IMG/VR virus record: IMGVR_UViG_3300032828_000001
Coordinates: 1 to 58,582 of that record
Source: a virus
Taxonomy: Duplodnaviria > Caudoviricetes
DNA: 58,582 bases
Direction: 5' to 3' (one strand)
The translations under genes and the position numbers were made by a program. The notes beneath the pieces were generated by a model. It saw only the letters and a list, made by a program, of their open reading frames with translations. It did not search any database and was not told the DNA's origin. Every line of letters begins with the position of its first letter. Position 1 is the stretch's first letter. Below, one piece after another: positions 9,176-18,446 of the stretch.

Positions 9176-10513
9176 CTAGACCGTGACGGTCCCCTGGATC
9201 TGCACCTTGTGTATGGCCCCCGCGAGGAGCGCCGTGAAACCGACGCCGGGCATGAACCGGTTCGCGACGTCGCTTGGCGCTTGCGATGCGACGAGCGGCA
9301 CCGTGACTTTGGATGACCCTTTGACGAGCCCGCCCACGTCCTCACCGCGCTGTAGCGAGGTCAAGACCGCGGCCTGTACCAGCGTCGCACCCGCGTCGGT
9401 GTACGGGATCTTCCCGCTCGCGTTTGCGAGCAGCAGGAACACCGCGCCCTGAATGTCCTGCGTCTGCCAGTCAAGGAAGCGGATGGTGTCGATAAACTCG
9501 GCGTCGCAGACCTTCCCCTGCATGGTGATGTTCCGCCCCGCCACGGTGTAGTAATACCCGCAGTTTTTCGACTGCATGTTGACGATCTGCGTCCCGGTGT
9601 ACGTCCGCGCCGGTACGCCCGCGATGCTTTTCAGCGCCCATGTCTCGCTTCCCGGTGTGAGCGGCAGGCAGGCGCCCAGCATGCCGGCGTCGAGAAACGC
9701 CCCGTTTGACGGATCGTACACAACCGCGGTCCGCTTGTAGCCGAGCTGCATCGCCTGATACGCAGCGGATACCGGACCGCTCGCGATGGTCGCCTCGTAG
9801 GCCGCGGTCGTGTTGATAGCCTGCGTTTCCTGCGTTTGCGCGAGGTACTGCTTCCCGTTCGCCTCCACCCAGTGTGCGGTCGCGAGGAGCTCGGCGGTGC
9901 TATTCCACGGGTTCACGACCGAGTACCAATCGGGCGATTCGAGCGCGATGGCATCGAGGTCGGTCGCGATGCCCGGATCGGCGTGGTCCTGCACGATCGA
10001 CAGATAGTTCACGTTGCCAACCTGCACCGATTGCCAGGCGCCGGGGGCGGCGGTGAGGGTGAGGGCGTTCGTGCCGGCCGCGGTGAGGCCGTGCGTGCCC
10101 GTTGCGGCATTCACAACGGCAATGAGGCCCGCCACGATCTGGGCCGCGGTCGGGCTCGTGTCGACCGTGTCCGTGAATGTGTAATCGATTCCGCCGATGG
10201 TGAGCACGTACGGGACGTTTTCGAGCGTGACGAGCGGTGTTACCGTCCAGTGCTGCGTGGGCGGCAGCGCGCAGCGGCCAACGCCCACCTGGGTGGGGGC
10301 CGGATCCTGGCCGAAAATTGCCGCCGCCGCCGCGTACTCGGGCGTCCCGGCCGGGAAATCGCTTGCCAGCGCGGTATCGCTTGCGTAGTACCGCACCCGC
10401 TCCGGGTATGACTTGGAATACCCGCCGAGAATGAGCGGCGTGCCGAAGCCCGCCAAGGTGAGACCGCCCGTCACGGCCGTGATCTGGACCTGCACGATAT
10501 CCGCGAGCGGCAT
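9176..10513 (-). CDS. Tail sheath protein (DUF3383-like)
   Basis: GFGTPLI, PGSETWALK, EFIDTIRFLDW, KIPYTDAG, LAGAIHKV. Confidence 0.92.
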   Translation of the reverse strand: MPLADIVQVQITAVTGGLTLAGFGTPLILGGYSKSYPERVRYYASDTALASDFPAGTPEYAAAAAIFGQDPAPTQVGVGRCALPPTQHWTVTPLVTLENVPYVLTIGGIDYTFTDTVDTSPTAAQIVAGLIAVVNAATGTHGLTAAGTNALTLTAAPGAWQSVQVGNVNYLSIVQDHADPGIATDLDAIALESPDWYSVVNPWNSTAELLATAHWVEANGKQYLAQTQETQAINTTAAYEATIASGPVSAAYQAMQLGYKRTAVVYDPSNGAFLDAGMLGACLPLTPGSETWALKSIAGVPARTYTGTQIVNMQSKNCGYYYTVAGRNITMQGKVCDAEFIDTIRFLDWQTQDIQGAVFLLLANASGKIPYTDAGATLVQAAVLTSLQRGEDVGGLVKGSSKVTVPLVASQAPSDVANRFMPGVGFTALLAGAIHKVQIQGTVTV

Positions 10514-10516
10514 GCG

Positions 10517-11047
10517 CTACCTCACGTTGTTCACGACGCCCACCGTGGCCACGTAGCCCGATCGCTCGGTGGCGTCCTCGGCGATTCCAAAAATGACATC
10601 CAGCGCGGCGCGCCCTTGCCAGGTGGTATCGAGCAGCGCCGACAGATCCTGAATATCACCGGGCGCCTGAACGGCGAGCCCGGCCGCCCGGAGCGCGAAA
10701 AGCACGGTATCGAGGCCGAGCGATGTCCGGACCTGACTCATGAGGGCGCGCGCCGACCCGGCCCCAAACGGCGACGCGGTGTAGACCTGCACCGAGCACG
10801 TCACCTCGCAATCGAACACGGCCTGGAAGGCGATCTCTTGGCCGGTCGGTTGCGCCGGATCGTAGCTCTGGTAGACCCGCGGCCACGGCGCGCCCCCGGT
10901 GCGCGGGCCCGAAAGACGGACCGTCGCGTAGGGCATCGGCGGCTGCGGCGCCGTCTGCTGCGCCATGAGCACGGCGCCGGCAAGGCCGGACCCGGTCTCG
11001 ACCCATGCGACGAGCGCGGCTTCCACGGTGGGCCAGGCGATGGGCAT
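10517..11047 (-). CDS. Neck/tail terminator protein
   Basis: Q..PQPPMPYATV, CSVQVY, WQGRAALDV; immediately upstream of sheath. Confidence 0.75.
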   Translation of the reverse strand: MPIAWPTVEAALVAWVETGSGLAGAVLMAQQTAPQPPMPYATVRLSGPRTGGAPWPRVYQSYDPAQPTGQEIAFQAVFDCEVTCSVQVYTASPFGAGSARALMSQVRTSLGLDTVLFALRAAGLAVQAPGDIQDLSALLDTTWQGRAALDVIFGIAEDATERSGYVATVGVVNNVR

Positions 11048-12723
11048 CACACGCTCGGTTCCTGGATCGGGTAGTCCGAAGTGATGGTGCCCCCATCGCC
11101 GATCGTGACATCGAGGTTCCACGGACCGGTGTTCATGAATGGGCTTGAACTAGCGCCGGGGCCCCATTGTGCATTGCAACCCGCTAGGAACGCTTGGTAG
11201 TCGATGACGAGCATGTTGGGCGCGGGCTTCGAGTAGATGGGGCATGACAGCTCTTGCGGCGCGCTCGCATCGGAACTCTGCGTGAGGTGCACATATGACG
11301 CTTGGTCGAATCGCGGACCGTTGAGAACGATCCATAGATCCGCATATCCCAAGCTATACACGCCGCTTTGAGGCGACTCCTGGTGGAGGCGCGTGTCGTC
11401 GAGCGCCGTCGGCGGCGTATTGGGGCTCGGATCGCGGTTATTGATCGTGAATATGAAGAATGGCACGATCGTGTACGAGCGCGCGATCGGCGCACTATCT
11501 GTGTAACCAGCCGCTTGCGCTATCGCGGTGACCGTCGTCGTTGTTGTGAGCGTGAACGCGCCTGTATAGACCGCGGAATTCGATGTGGGGGCCGTTCCAT
11601 CGAGCGTGAAGCGAATCAAAGGCAGGCCGGAAACACCGGGCGACATCGTTACCGTTACACTGCCGGGATACGGGTTCTCGTCGTCGGGCTCGATGTCGGG
11701 CTGGTCAAGTGGAAGTCCCGTGGACGCCGGCGGGATGACGTACCAGACGATGCAGAGGATAGTATCGACGCCGCCGATCGTGAGATGGAGTTCATACAGA
11801 TCCCGGTTGTTCCCCGGATCCCAAGGATACGTTACAAACACGTCGGGTGACGTTACGGTCACGGGCATCGGGGGCGGCGGATACGACAGATTCAGTGCAT
11901 ACGTGGTCCCAATCGGATCCCCCCCGCCCACGTCGGTCAACTTCTCGTAGTACCCTACCGTAACAGCATGGACGTTCGGGTAGACAAATGCACGATCGTT
12001 CCACTCGAACGGGGACGGCGCATAGACGAGCTGGCCAGCGTAGGCGCCGAATTGAGCGGGTGCCGCTTGCGAAGCTTCCGGGGTGATGGACGCAGGGCCG
12101 GAAATCTCGCCGCCGAAACACACACCGTAACACGCCTCGATGTATGTGAATCCGCCCGACAAGGTAGCGCTTTGACCGCTTCCGCTCCTCACCGTGACGT
12201 CGGCCGCACCCACGGTGCCAGCGCCAGTCACCACGACGAGCGAGGTCGCGTTAGCAGAGAGAAGCGACGCGGGGACGCCCCCGACGGTGACCGTGTCGTC
12301 GGACCCAAAGTGTGCGCCCGTCAACGTGACGGTCGTCCTTCCGCCCGCCGGACCCGTCGTAGGCGAGACGGATGCGATCGTTGGACCCGGGATCGGTATG
12401 CTCACGGTAACGGGCGCCGTGCTGCCCGCCGGGTTCGTGGCGATGACGCCGATGGTGTCGCCCGGCTGCGCCGCGATGGGGATGGTGAAATTTCCGCCCG
12501 CGCCCGCCTGCACGGACCCAACGGGCACGCCGTTGTCGGTGGCCGTCACGGTCGCGCCGGGATCGGCGGTTCCCGTTACTTGTGAAGTCGTTACCGTCAC
12601 GATGACGGGCACCGACGGCACCGCGCCCGCCGCGGCGGGATAGGTTCCCGCCGCATCGAACCCGAGGTCGGTCGTGACCGCGAACGCTACGGCAAGCTGG
12701 CGAAGTGGGCCGGTCATATTCAC
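11047..12723 (-). CDS. Multi-Ig virion protein (Ig-like, IPT/TIG, chitobiase-C/Fn3-associated domains); N-terminus resembles end of gp25-like fold
   Basis: VTGTADPGATV; PTIASVSPTTGPAGG..VTLTG; IRFTLDGTAPTSNSAVYTGAFTL. Confidence 0.8.
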   Translation of the reverse strand: MNMTGPLRQLAVAFAVTTDLGFDAAGTYPAAAGAVPSVPVIVTVTTSQVTGTADPGATVTATDNGVPVGSVQAGAGGNFTIPIAAQPGDTIGVIATNPAGSTAPVTVSIPIPGPTIASVSPTTGPAGGRTTVTLTGAHFGSDDTVTVGGVPASLLSANATSLVVVTGAGTVGAADVTVRSGSGQSATLSGGFTYIEACYGVCFGGEISGPASITPEASQAAPAQFGAYAGQLVYAPSPFEWNDRAFVYPNVHAVTVGYYEKLTDVGGGDPIGTTYALNLSYPPPPMPVTVTSPDVFVTYPWDPGNNRDLYELHLTIGGVDTILCIVWYVIPPASTGLPLDQPDIEPDDENPYPGSVTVTMSPGVSGLPLIRFTLDGTAPTSNSAVYTGAFTLTTTTTVTAIAQAAGYTDSAPIARSYTIVPFFIFTINNRDPSPNTPPTALDDTRLHQESPQSGVYSLGYADLWIVLNGPRFDQASYVHLTQSSDASAPQELSCPIYSKPAPNMLVIDYQAFLAGCNAQWGPGASSSPFMNTGPWNLDVTIGDGGTITSDYPIQEPSV

Positions 12724-12724
12724 G

Positions 12725-13024
12725 TCACGTCAACGTGATGTTGAGCGACGCGATCCCGGTCACGTGCGGCACCGCCAGGATCGCCTTCATGAGGATCGAC
12801 CTCACAAGCGGCATGTTCGGGTTCTTCACAAGGATCGAATCGAAGTAGGGTACACCCTGCGTCGGGTCGAGAAACCACTCGCCGAGAACGAGCGACAGAT
12901 GGCACTGCACGTTCTGTGCGACCCACGCCGCGCCGCCGACGAAGTTGAGCTGGCCGCCCGTGAGGTCGAGCTCGTTCCCGGGCCGAAGCGCCAGATCGTA
13001 TCCGCTCGCCGGGTTCGTCCTCAT
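12725..13024 (-). CDS. Baseplate wedge/sheath initiator (gp25/DUF2634-like), C-terminally short
   Basis: VAQNVQCHLSLVLGEWFLDPTQGVPYF motif. Confidence 0.8.
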   Translation of the reverse strand: MRTNPASGYDLALRPGNELDLTGGQLNFVGGAAWVAQNVQCHLSLVLGEWFLDPTQGVPYFDSILVKNPNMPLVRSILMKAILAVPHVTGIASLNITLT

Positions 13025-13026
13025 GG

Positions 13027-13383
13027 CTACTGGCCCATCTTCCGCGCGATGGCTTTGTAGTACCCGCCCTCGATCGCGAAGTCCTCGACCCCCTCGATCT
13101 CGTAGGCGTCGCCATCAAACGCGATCTGGTCGGATAGTGACCCGCCGGGGCCGGTCAGCACTTGAAGGCGCGTGGTGGTGTAGATCCGGACCCGCGCGCG
13201 CGCGCGCTCGAGCTCGGGCAGGCGCATGAGCTCGCGCGGGCCGAGCGGGTGTACCTGCGCCATGATCGTGAAAGATGCCGGCGGGCCCGCCTGGTAGACA
13301 CCGCCCGTGATCGTTCCCGGCGTCGGCCGGGTGATTGTGTACGTTTGCGCGCCGAGGCTCGCGATGGCATCCGATACACTCAC
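13027..13383 (-). CDS. Head-tail adaptor/closure protein
   Basis: QVHPL..REL..LPE.ER, IYT...L, D.I.FDG..YEI, GYYKAIA. Confidence 0.75.
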   Translation of the reverse strand: MSVSDAIASLGAQTYTITRPTPGTITGGVYQAGPPASFTIMAQVHPLGPRELMRLPELERARARVRIYTTTRLQVLTGPGGSLSDQIAFDGDAYEIEGVEDFAIEGGYYKAIARKMGQ

Positions 13384-13413
13384 GGTCGACGTTTCCGGCT
13401 CACTTTTCCCCGG

Positions 13414-14043
13414 TTACCCTTCCTCGGTCACGACGTGCGCGCTGCCGATCTGGGTGTCCCCGTCGCCGCCGCTTGGCTGCTCGCGATCCTGGGTCACCAC
13501 CACGTGATCGATGGCGCGCCACAGATGCCCGGTGTCGACGAGCGGCCGGGGCGGATCCTGCGCCTGCCCTTTCGCCGCCTTCGCCGCGCGCCCTTTTGTG
13601 TTCCAGGCGCCTTGGCGCATCTTCGCCTTGATGGTTGCGGGCGCAAGCGGCGGCGGGATCCCGGGTCCCTTTACGATCGCGTTCTTCATGTCCCATTCCG
13701 CCTTGTATCCCGCGATCTCGAGCACCGCCTTGGGCGTCGTCTTCCCCTCGTACACGGCGGGTAAGAGCTTCCGAAGGAGCGCCACGTACTGTTCTTTCTT
13801 GGCGTCGAAGGTGGAGCGCACGAAGGATCGTTCCGGTATGGTCGCGGTGCCGAACTCATGGTAGACGGCGAGTGCGACGTTGGTGAGCGGCTCTTTCGCG
13901 CCCGCACCGGAATGCGCCGGATCGACCGTGGCCGCCTTGGCACCCAGGATCCCGATCTTGACGTAGCTTTTGCCCTGCGCGAGCGACGCGATCATCTTCT
14001 TGATGGCCTCCCACCCCTTGTCAACGTCGGTGACCTTAGCCAT
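13414..14043 (-). CDS. Neck/tail completion protein
   Basis: VKIGI, HEFGTATIPERSFVR, PLAPATI, PLVDTG. Confidence 0.8.
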   Translation of the reverse strand: MAKVTDVDKGWEAIKKMIASLAQGKSYVKIGILGAKAATVDPAHSGAGAKEPLTNVALAVYHEFGTATIPERSFVRSTFDAKKEQYVALLRKLLPAVYEGKTTPKAVLEIAGYKAEWDMKNAIVKGPGIPPPLAPATIKAKMRQGAWNTKGRAAKAAKGQAQDPPRPLVDTGHLWRAIDHVVVTQDREQPSGGDGDTQIGSAHVVTEEG

Positions 14044-14455
14044 GCCATCCCCACGGGTCGAACCAGGGCGGCATGGGACCGGGGAAGGGTTGACCGGCCG
14101 TCACTATCGTCGCGCCGGGGACGGCGAAGGTGAGGCCGAGCTTGGTGCGCAGCCGCAGATATTCCATGCCGAAACGGGTGGCGGCATATTCGCTTCCCCC
14201 CGGCCGCACCGCCTGTATATAAGTCCGCCCGATGTCGCCCACCCGTTCGGAGACGACCGGGCGCACGTAGAGATTGGGGTATGCGATGGCGAGCGCGTGC
14301 GCGGCGAGCAACGTCACGACCCGATCGGCCTGAGGCCCCCATTTCGTCGGGTCAACCTCCGCCATGGCGTCGTCCAGAAACGGCTGAATGACGAGCACCG
14401 GATCGAGACTTGTGAAGTCGGGCGCTACCCGGAGCACGTCGGCCGGGGTGGCCAC
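14036..14455 (-). CDS. Head-tail connector (DUF4054-like)
   Basis: APDF, LLAAHAL, SERVGD, TRFGMEY. Confidence 0.8.
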   Translation of the reverse strand: MATPADVLRVAPDFTSLDPVLVIQPFLDDAMAEVDPTKWGPQADRVVTLLAAHALAIAYPNLYVRPVVSERVGDIGRTYIQAVRPGGSEYAATRFGMEYLRLRTKLGLTFAVPGATIVTAGQPFPGPMPPWFDPWGWHG

Positions 14456-14457
14456 GC

Positions 14458-14880
14458 CTACGCCCCTTCGGCCGGCTTCTCTTCCGCCGGTGACCGCGGG
14501 TCGATGGCTTTGAGCTGCTTGTCGATCGCGTCGCCGACGTCGCGCCGCGTCTCGGGCCGCTGCCAGGCGCGAAGGAGCCCGCGATCGAAGGTGCCCTTTA
14601 CGATCTGGACCGCCTTTTTGGACGGGATCTTCGAGATGTCCTTCAGTGAAACGTCCTTGTCGGGTTCCAAGATGGGCCGGTTAAACTCGGTCTCTTCTTC
14701 TAGGAGCCGCCGCACGCACTCGTTCTTCACGAGGGCATCCCAGACGGCGGGATCGACCTCGTTATTCCCCGGGATGAGCAGGATGGTTTGCAGGACCGGT
14801 TGGCGCCGGGCGGCCTCGTCGGCCGGTTTCAGCTGGAACGCGAACGCGCGCGGCTCGGTCGTGTTGTTGCGGACCAGCAT
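14458..14880 (-). CDS. Conserved protein following major capsid protein
   Basis: LIPGNNEVD..W, ETR..V..AI..QL; GAGG RBS. Confidence 0.7.
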   Translation of the reverse strand: MLVRNNTTEPRAFAFQLKPADEAARRQPVLQTILLIPGNNEVDPAVWDALVKNECVRRLLEEETEFNRPILEPDKDVSLKDISKIPSKKAVQIVKGTFDRGLLRAWQRPETRRDVGDAIDKQLKAIDPRSPAEEKPAEGA

Positions 14881-14898
14881 ATGTTACCTCAAGTGAAG

Positions 14899-14938
14899 GG
14901 CGCACCGGGCGAGGAGGCGGCCAGCGCCCCGGTGCGCC
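14899..14938. promoter_or_regulatory. GC-rich hairpin after capsid gene (attenuator or mRNA stabiliser)
   Basis: GGCGCACCGGG / CCCGGTGCGCC 11-bp stem; no U-tract. Confidence 0.45.
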
Positions 14939-14965
14939 GAAAGCATGCGCTGGCCTCCCTACGTG

Positions 14966-15904
14966 CTAGATCCCGTCCGCGTAGCAGATCGACATGGGGT
15001 AGTAGGTCACTACACCCGCGGTACGAGCATGAGCCGGAATCTTGAATGTGAAGTCCTTCGGCTGCGGCGGCAGAAACTCGGCCTCCAGCGGGATGACGGC
15101 TTCCAGTGCGTCCGGGTCGCGCCGGTAGGCGACCGCGCGATCGACCCCGCCCACGCCCTGGCCGGACGCCTTGTACCATTGCGCGATCGTGTCGATGTAC
15201 GGTGAGTTTTCGAGAAAAAACTTCTCGATCGTGACGTTGCTTCCCCCCACCGTGAACATGGGGGTTTCGGCAATGATCTGGCGCTGCGCGATGGGCAAAA
15301 TGAGCGTATCGGGCACCTCGATCTCGAACGTGGTGGAGACGATGATGTTCGTCATCCCGTTGAGATCGGCCAAAATCTCGAGCGGCGTCTTCGTGCTCCA
15401 CTGCGTGTGCGTGGACGCGCCCTGCGGCACCGTGTAGACGATCGTGTTCGAGAGCGAGAAAAGCCCCTTTAGCCCGGTGTCCGCGTCACCGGTAGCAATC
15501 ACCGCATCGAGCTTCTCCTCGATCGCGCGGCGCGCGGTGTTCGCCTTCCGCTGCTCGAGCGGGATGTTGGCGAACCGCGCATTCTGGATCTCTTGGATCG
15601 AGTACTGGAACCCGCTCGCGATGGCCTTGATGGCGACGCGGAATTCCTTGCCCTTGACGTCCGCCATGGGGTAGTCGTCGGCGTAGCTTGCCAGCACCTT
15701 CGCGACGCCCGCCATATCGTACTGATTGTATTTGTACGTCTCGGCGCCGCGGTCGACCCGGTTGTTGACCGGCACGAACTGCCGGCCCTTCAACTGCGGA
15801 TACTTGACGTCGTAGGACCGCGCGGCGACCTGTTCGAGCTCGCGCTCAAAGAACACGTTCTCGGCGGCGTCGAAGTGCGGATAGTTGAAATTGTGAAACC
15901 GCAT
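14966..15904 (-). CDS. Major capsid protein (DUF2184-type)
   Basis: FERELEQV..RSYDVKYP, YSIQEI, PDTLILP, ARTAGV..YYP; true start ATG 15904. Confidence 0.92.
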   Translation of the reverse strand: MRFHNFNYPHFDAAENVFFERELEQVAARSYDVKYPQLKGRQFVPVNNRVDRGAETYKYNQYDMAGVAKVLASYADDYPMADVKGKEFRVAIKAIASGFQYSIQEIQNARFANIPLEQRKANTARRAIEEKLDAVIATGDADTGLKGLFSLSNTIVYTVPQGASTHTQWSTKTPLEILADLNGMTNIIVSTTFEIEVPDTLILPIAQRQIIAETPMFTVGGSNVTIEKFFLENSPYIDTIAQWYKASGQGVGGVDRAVAYRRDPDALEAVIPLEAEFLPPQPKDFTFKIPAHARTAGVVTYYPMSICYADGI

Positions 15905-15921
15905 GTGGCTCTTCGCCCCTG

Positions 15922-16611
15922 TTAGATGTTGATTAGCTTGTCGAAGGCGATGATCGAGAGGCCGCCCGGCGCCGTCGACGGTGAGGCGAAGAGCGCGCCG
16001 GGTACCAGCACCGCCGATGCGCCGGCCGCCTGCGCGGCGATCCAGGCCCAGTTGGCGGTGCCGTCGACGATGCCGCTCCCGGTCCCGGTCGGGCCGCCCG
16101 AACCGGCCGTGGTGCCCGCCTTCGTGCACTGGTAGAGCTGGCCGCCGTTCACGACCTGTGTACCGGCGAGGACCCCCGTCGAGCTGGCCCACGACGCGAC
16201 CACGTCCGCATCGCCCCGGAACGCCCCCGGCTGCGCGTTCGCCGCCTGCGATCCGAACGCGAACCGGCAGTACACGGCCTGGTTTTCCACCACGCTCGTT
16301 TCGGGAATCACGTAGAGCCGGCCGTGCTCGTAGAGGTTCACGACGTCGCCCGGCGGGATTCCGGCGGTGGGAGGCCACATGGTGCTTCCGATGGTGTTCA
16401 CGCTCTGGGTGAAGCCCGAGATCCCCGAGATCTTGTCGGATGACGCGGCCGGCAGCCGGTAGTGCCGGTAGGTGCCGTTGTAGACCATGCCGAGGCCGAA
16501 CGGGATCGCGACCGTCATGTCGTTAAGGCCGGTCGTCACATCGTGCGGCCCGCCGTCGGCCGGCATGCCGGCGTAGGCTTGGGGGAGCTGTGTCAAGTAT
16601 TGGGTCTGCAT
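15922..16611 (-). CDS. Head decoration/cement protein with inserted CBM5/12-like module
   Basis: AYAGM.AD, IPFGLG, VYCRF, GAFRGDAD; position before capsid gene. Confidence 0.8.
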   Translation of the reverse strand: MQTQYLTQLPQAYAGMPADGGPHDVTTGLNDMTVAIPFGLGMVYNGTYRHYRLPAASSDKISGISGFTQSVNTIGSTMWPPTAGIPPGDVVNLYEHGRLYVIPETSVVENQAVYCRFAFGSQAANAQPGAFRGDADVVASWASSTGVLAGTQVVNGGQLYQCTKAGTTAGSGGPTGTGSGIVDGTANWAWIAAQAAGASAVLVPGALFASPSTAPGGLSIIAFDKLINI

Positions 16612-16639
16612 CTATACTCCCTGTGAAAGCGTTGGGCCA

Positions 16640-17386
16640 CTACTCCGCGTCATCGCCCGCGCGCACGATGCGCCCGCCCTTCATCCTCGCGCCGATGGGC
16701 TTTCGCCATGCGTTGGCTGCCTCCTCGCGAAACCGCTTCGCGGCCTCGTCGGCATCGGCGTGCGCTTCCCCCGGCGTGCCGTCGACCGGGGGCGGCGCGG
16801 TGGCCTCGCGCGCGCGTGCGATCCCCTTCTTGCCCGCCGCGTCGCGCGCCTCGGCCCGTTCCAGCTCGGCGTCGAAGCGTGCTTCCAAGTAGGCGTCGCC
16901 ACGCCCGGCCGGGTCGAACCCGGTAACGAGAGTCTTGAGGGCCGCAGTGCGCAGGTCCCCATCGGTCGCCCCGTCAACCTTGAAATCCTTGGGTAGGTGC
17001 GGGCGGGCGCGTTCGACGAGCGCGGCGTGCCTCGCGGCCTTGGCATCCGCGTCCGCCTTTGCCGCGGCGTCGGCGTGCGCTTTCCGCTCGTCGGCAAGCG
17101 CCTTTTCGGCCGCGTCGGCGCGCGCCTTCTCGGTGTCCGCCTTCGCCTTTTCCTGGTCCGCCTTGCCCTTCTCGGCGTCGCCCGCGCGCTGCGCCGCCGC
17201 TAGCGCGATGTCCTTTTCGGTCGCCTTTGCCCCGCATTTCGGGCATTCCAGCATCGCGTCGCACTTGTCGCAGCGGGCGTTCCGGAGCGCGTCCGCGCGC
17301 GCTGCCAGTGCGCGTTCCACGATCTGCGGCCCCTGCTCACTTGCGAACTCAACGTCAATTCCGTCGATTTTCAGCTTGGCGCCCAC
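16640..17386 (-). CDS. Nested in-frame scaffolding protein (internal start)
   Basis: GGAGGT 4 nt before in-frame GTG (MGAKLKIDGIDVEF); late motif copy at 17424-17437. Confidence 0.6.
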   Translation of the reverse strand: MGAKLKIDGIDVEFASEQGPQIVERALAARADALRNARCDKCDAMLECPKCGAKATEKDIALAAAQRAGDAEKGKADQEKAKADTEKARADAAEKALADERKAHADAAAKADADAKAARHAALVERARPHLPKDFKVDGATDGDLRTAALKTLVTGFDPAGRGDAYLEARFDAELERAEARDAAGKKGIARAREATAPPPVDGTPGEAHADADEAAKRFREEAANAWRKPIGARMKGGRIVRAGDDAE

Positions 17387-18130
17387 GCGTACCTCCGACG
17401 CATCGTCTGGCGCCTCCTCTACGATCCTGCCTATCGCCACGGTCCCGGCCGAGTCCAGTTTCAAGCGAACGTCGTCGCCGGCCCGGCCGCGGGGGACGAT
17501 CGCGACGTGGTTACCTTGGATGTTTCGCTGAACGTGCGTATAAGCCTTCCCGCGCCACTCCCCCTGCTCCGGAATCGTATCGGCCCGGTACCCGGCGGAG
17601 ACCTCCACCACCCCGGCCTTGATCTTGTCGATGAGCCCCTTGTCGGTGATGAGCATGGTGGGGACGTCGACGAAGGGTCCCACCGCACGGACTGTCTCAC
17701 CGACCGATCCGCGCGCGTAGCGCGACGCGTTCTCGGCCGATAGGAGCGGCGGCTGCTCGGCCCACGGGTGATCGTCGGTGACCGGGCGGAGCGCGAACGA
17801 TTCGAGCGCGCTCGCCTTGAAGACCTCGTCGGGCGAGCGGAACTCGCGGCGGACCGTGCCGTCCGGGTTGGAATACTCCTGTATCCCGACCCGCGCTATC
17901 CGTGCGCCTACCCGGAGCCAACCCTCGCGCGTCGTTTCCACCTTCGAGATGCGGCCGGCGTCGAAGTGAACGAGGCCGTCGACCCGTTCGTTCTTTGGGT
18001 TCGCGTTGGCGTAGAGCGCGGCGAGCTGCTTCTTGGCCGCCTCTTCCGTCTCGAACTCACCGTGTACGTTGCCCGAGTCCTTCGTCACCACCTGAAACTT
18101 GTCGCCCTTCTTGCGGATCTCGTACGGCAT
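16640..18130 (-). CDS. Prohead protease/scaffold (DUF2213)
   Basis: T.EGWL, ARVGIQEY, R..DEVF, PVTDDHP, EVSAGY, QRNI.GNHVAIV.RGRAG; Ala/Lys/Asp coiled coil C-terminus. Confidence 0.9.
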   Translation of the reverse strand: MPYEIRKKGDKFQVVTKDSGNVHGEFETEEAAKKQLAALYANANPKNERVDGLVHFDAGRISKVETTREGWLRVGARIARVGIQEYSNPDGTVRREFRSPDEVFKASALESFALRPVTDDHPWAEQPPLLSAENASRYARGSVGETVRAVGPFVDVPTMLITDKGLIDKIKAGVVEVSAGYRADTIPEQGEWRGKAYTHVQRNIQGNHVAIVPRGRAGDDVRLKLDSAGTVAIGRIVEEAPDDASEVRVGAKLKIDGIDVEFASEQGPQIVERALAARADALRNARCDKCDAMLECPKCGAKATEKDIALAAAQRAGDAEKGKADQEKAKADTEKARADAAEKALADERKAHADAAAKADADAKAARHAALVERARPHLPKDFKVDGATDGDLRTAALKTLVTGFDPAGRGDAYLEARFDAELERAEARDAAGKKGIARAREATAPPPVDGTPGEAHADADEAAKRFREEAANAWRKPIGARMKGGRIVRAGDDAE

Positions 18131-18185
18131 GAGATCCTGCCTATCACCCGGGCGCTAGTCCGGTAAGGGCGCGGCGCGGCGCGGT

Positions 18186-18446
18186 TCATTCCACCTTGTC
18201 GTCGGCGCGGTGCATGAGCGCGTGCTTTAGGAGCTCGAGCTCGTAGATGGTGCGCGGGACGTCGGGGCAGCCGCTTTGCCAGACGATCGTGCTCTCGGAA
18301 TCGGCGGGCGAGCAGACGAGCATGAGATAGTCGAGCTTCCCCGCCCGCGCGTCCGCGAGGAGCTCTTCCGCGCGCAGCACGATCTGCTCGCGAACACCGG
18401 CCGCAAATGTGGGCGGCGCGAGCTGTATGGGCGGTTTCGGATCCAT
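18186..18446 (-). CDS. Hypothetical protein
   Basis: TGATG coupling to upstream gene; EELLADARAGKL motif. Confidence 0.6.
   Translation of the reverse strand: MDPKPPIQLAPPTFAAGVREQIVLRAEELLADARAGKLDYLMLVCSPADSESTIVWQSGCPDVPRTIYELELLKHALMHRADDKVE

Noticed and set aside
15905-16378. N-terminal extension of the 470-aa capsid ORF
   Set aside because: Arg-rich off-frame read of the decoration gene; capsid starts at 15904.
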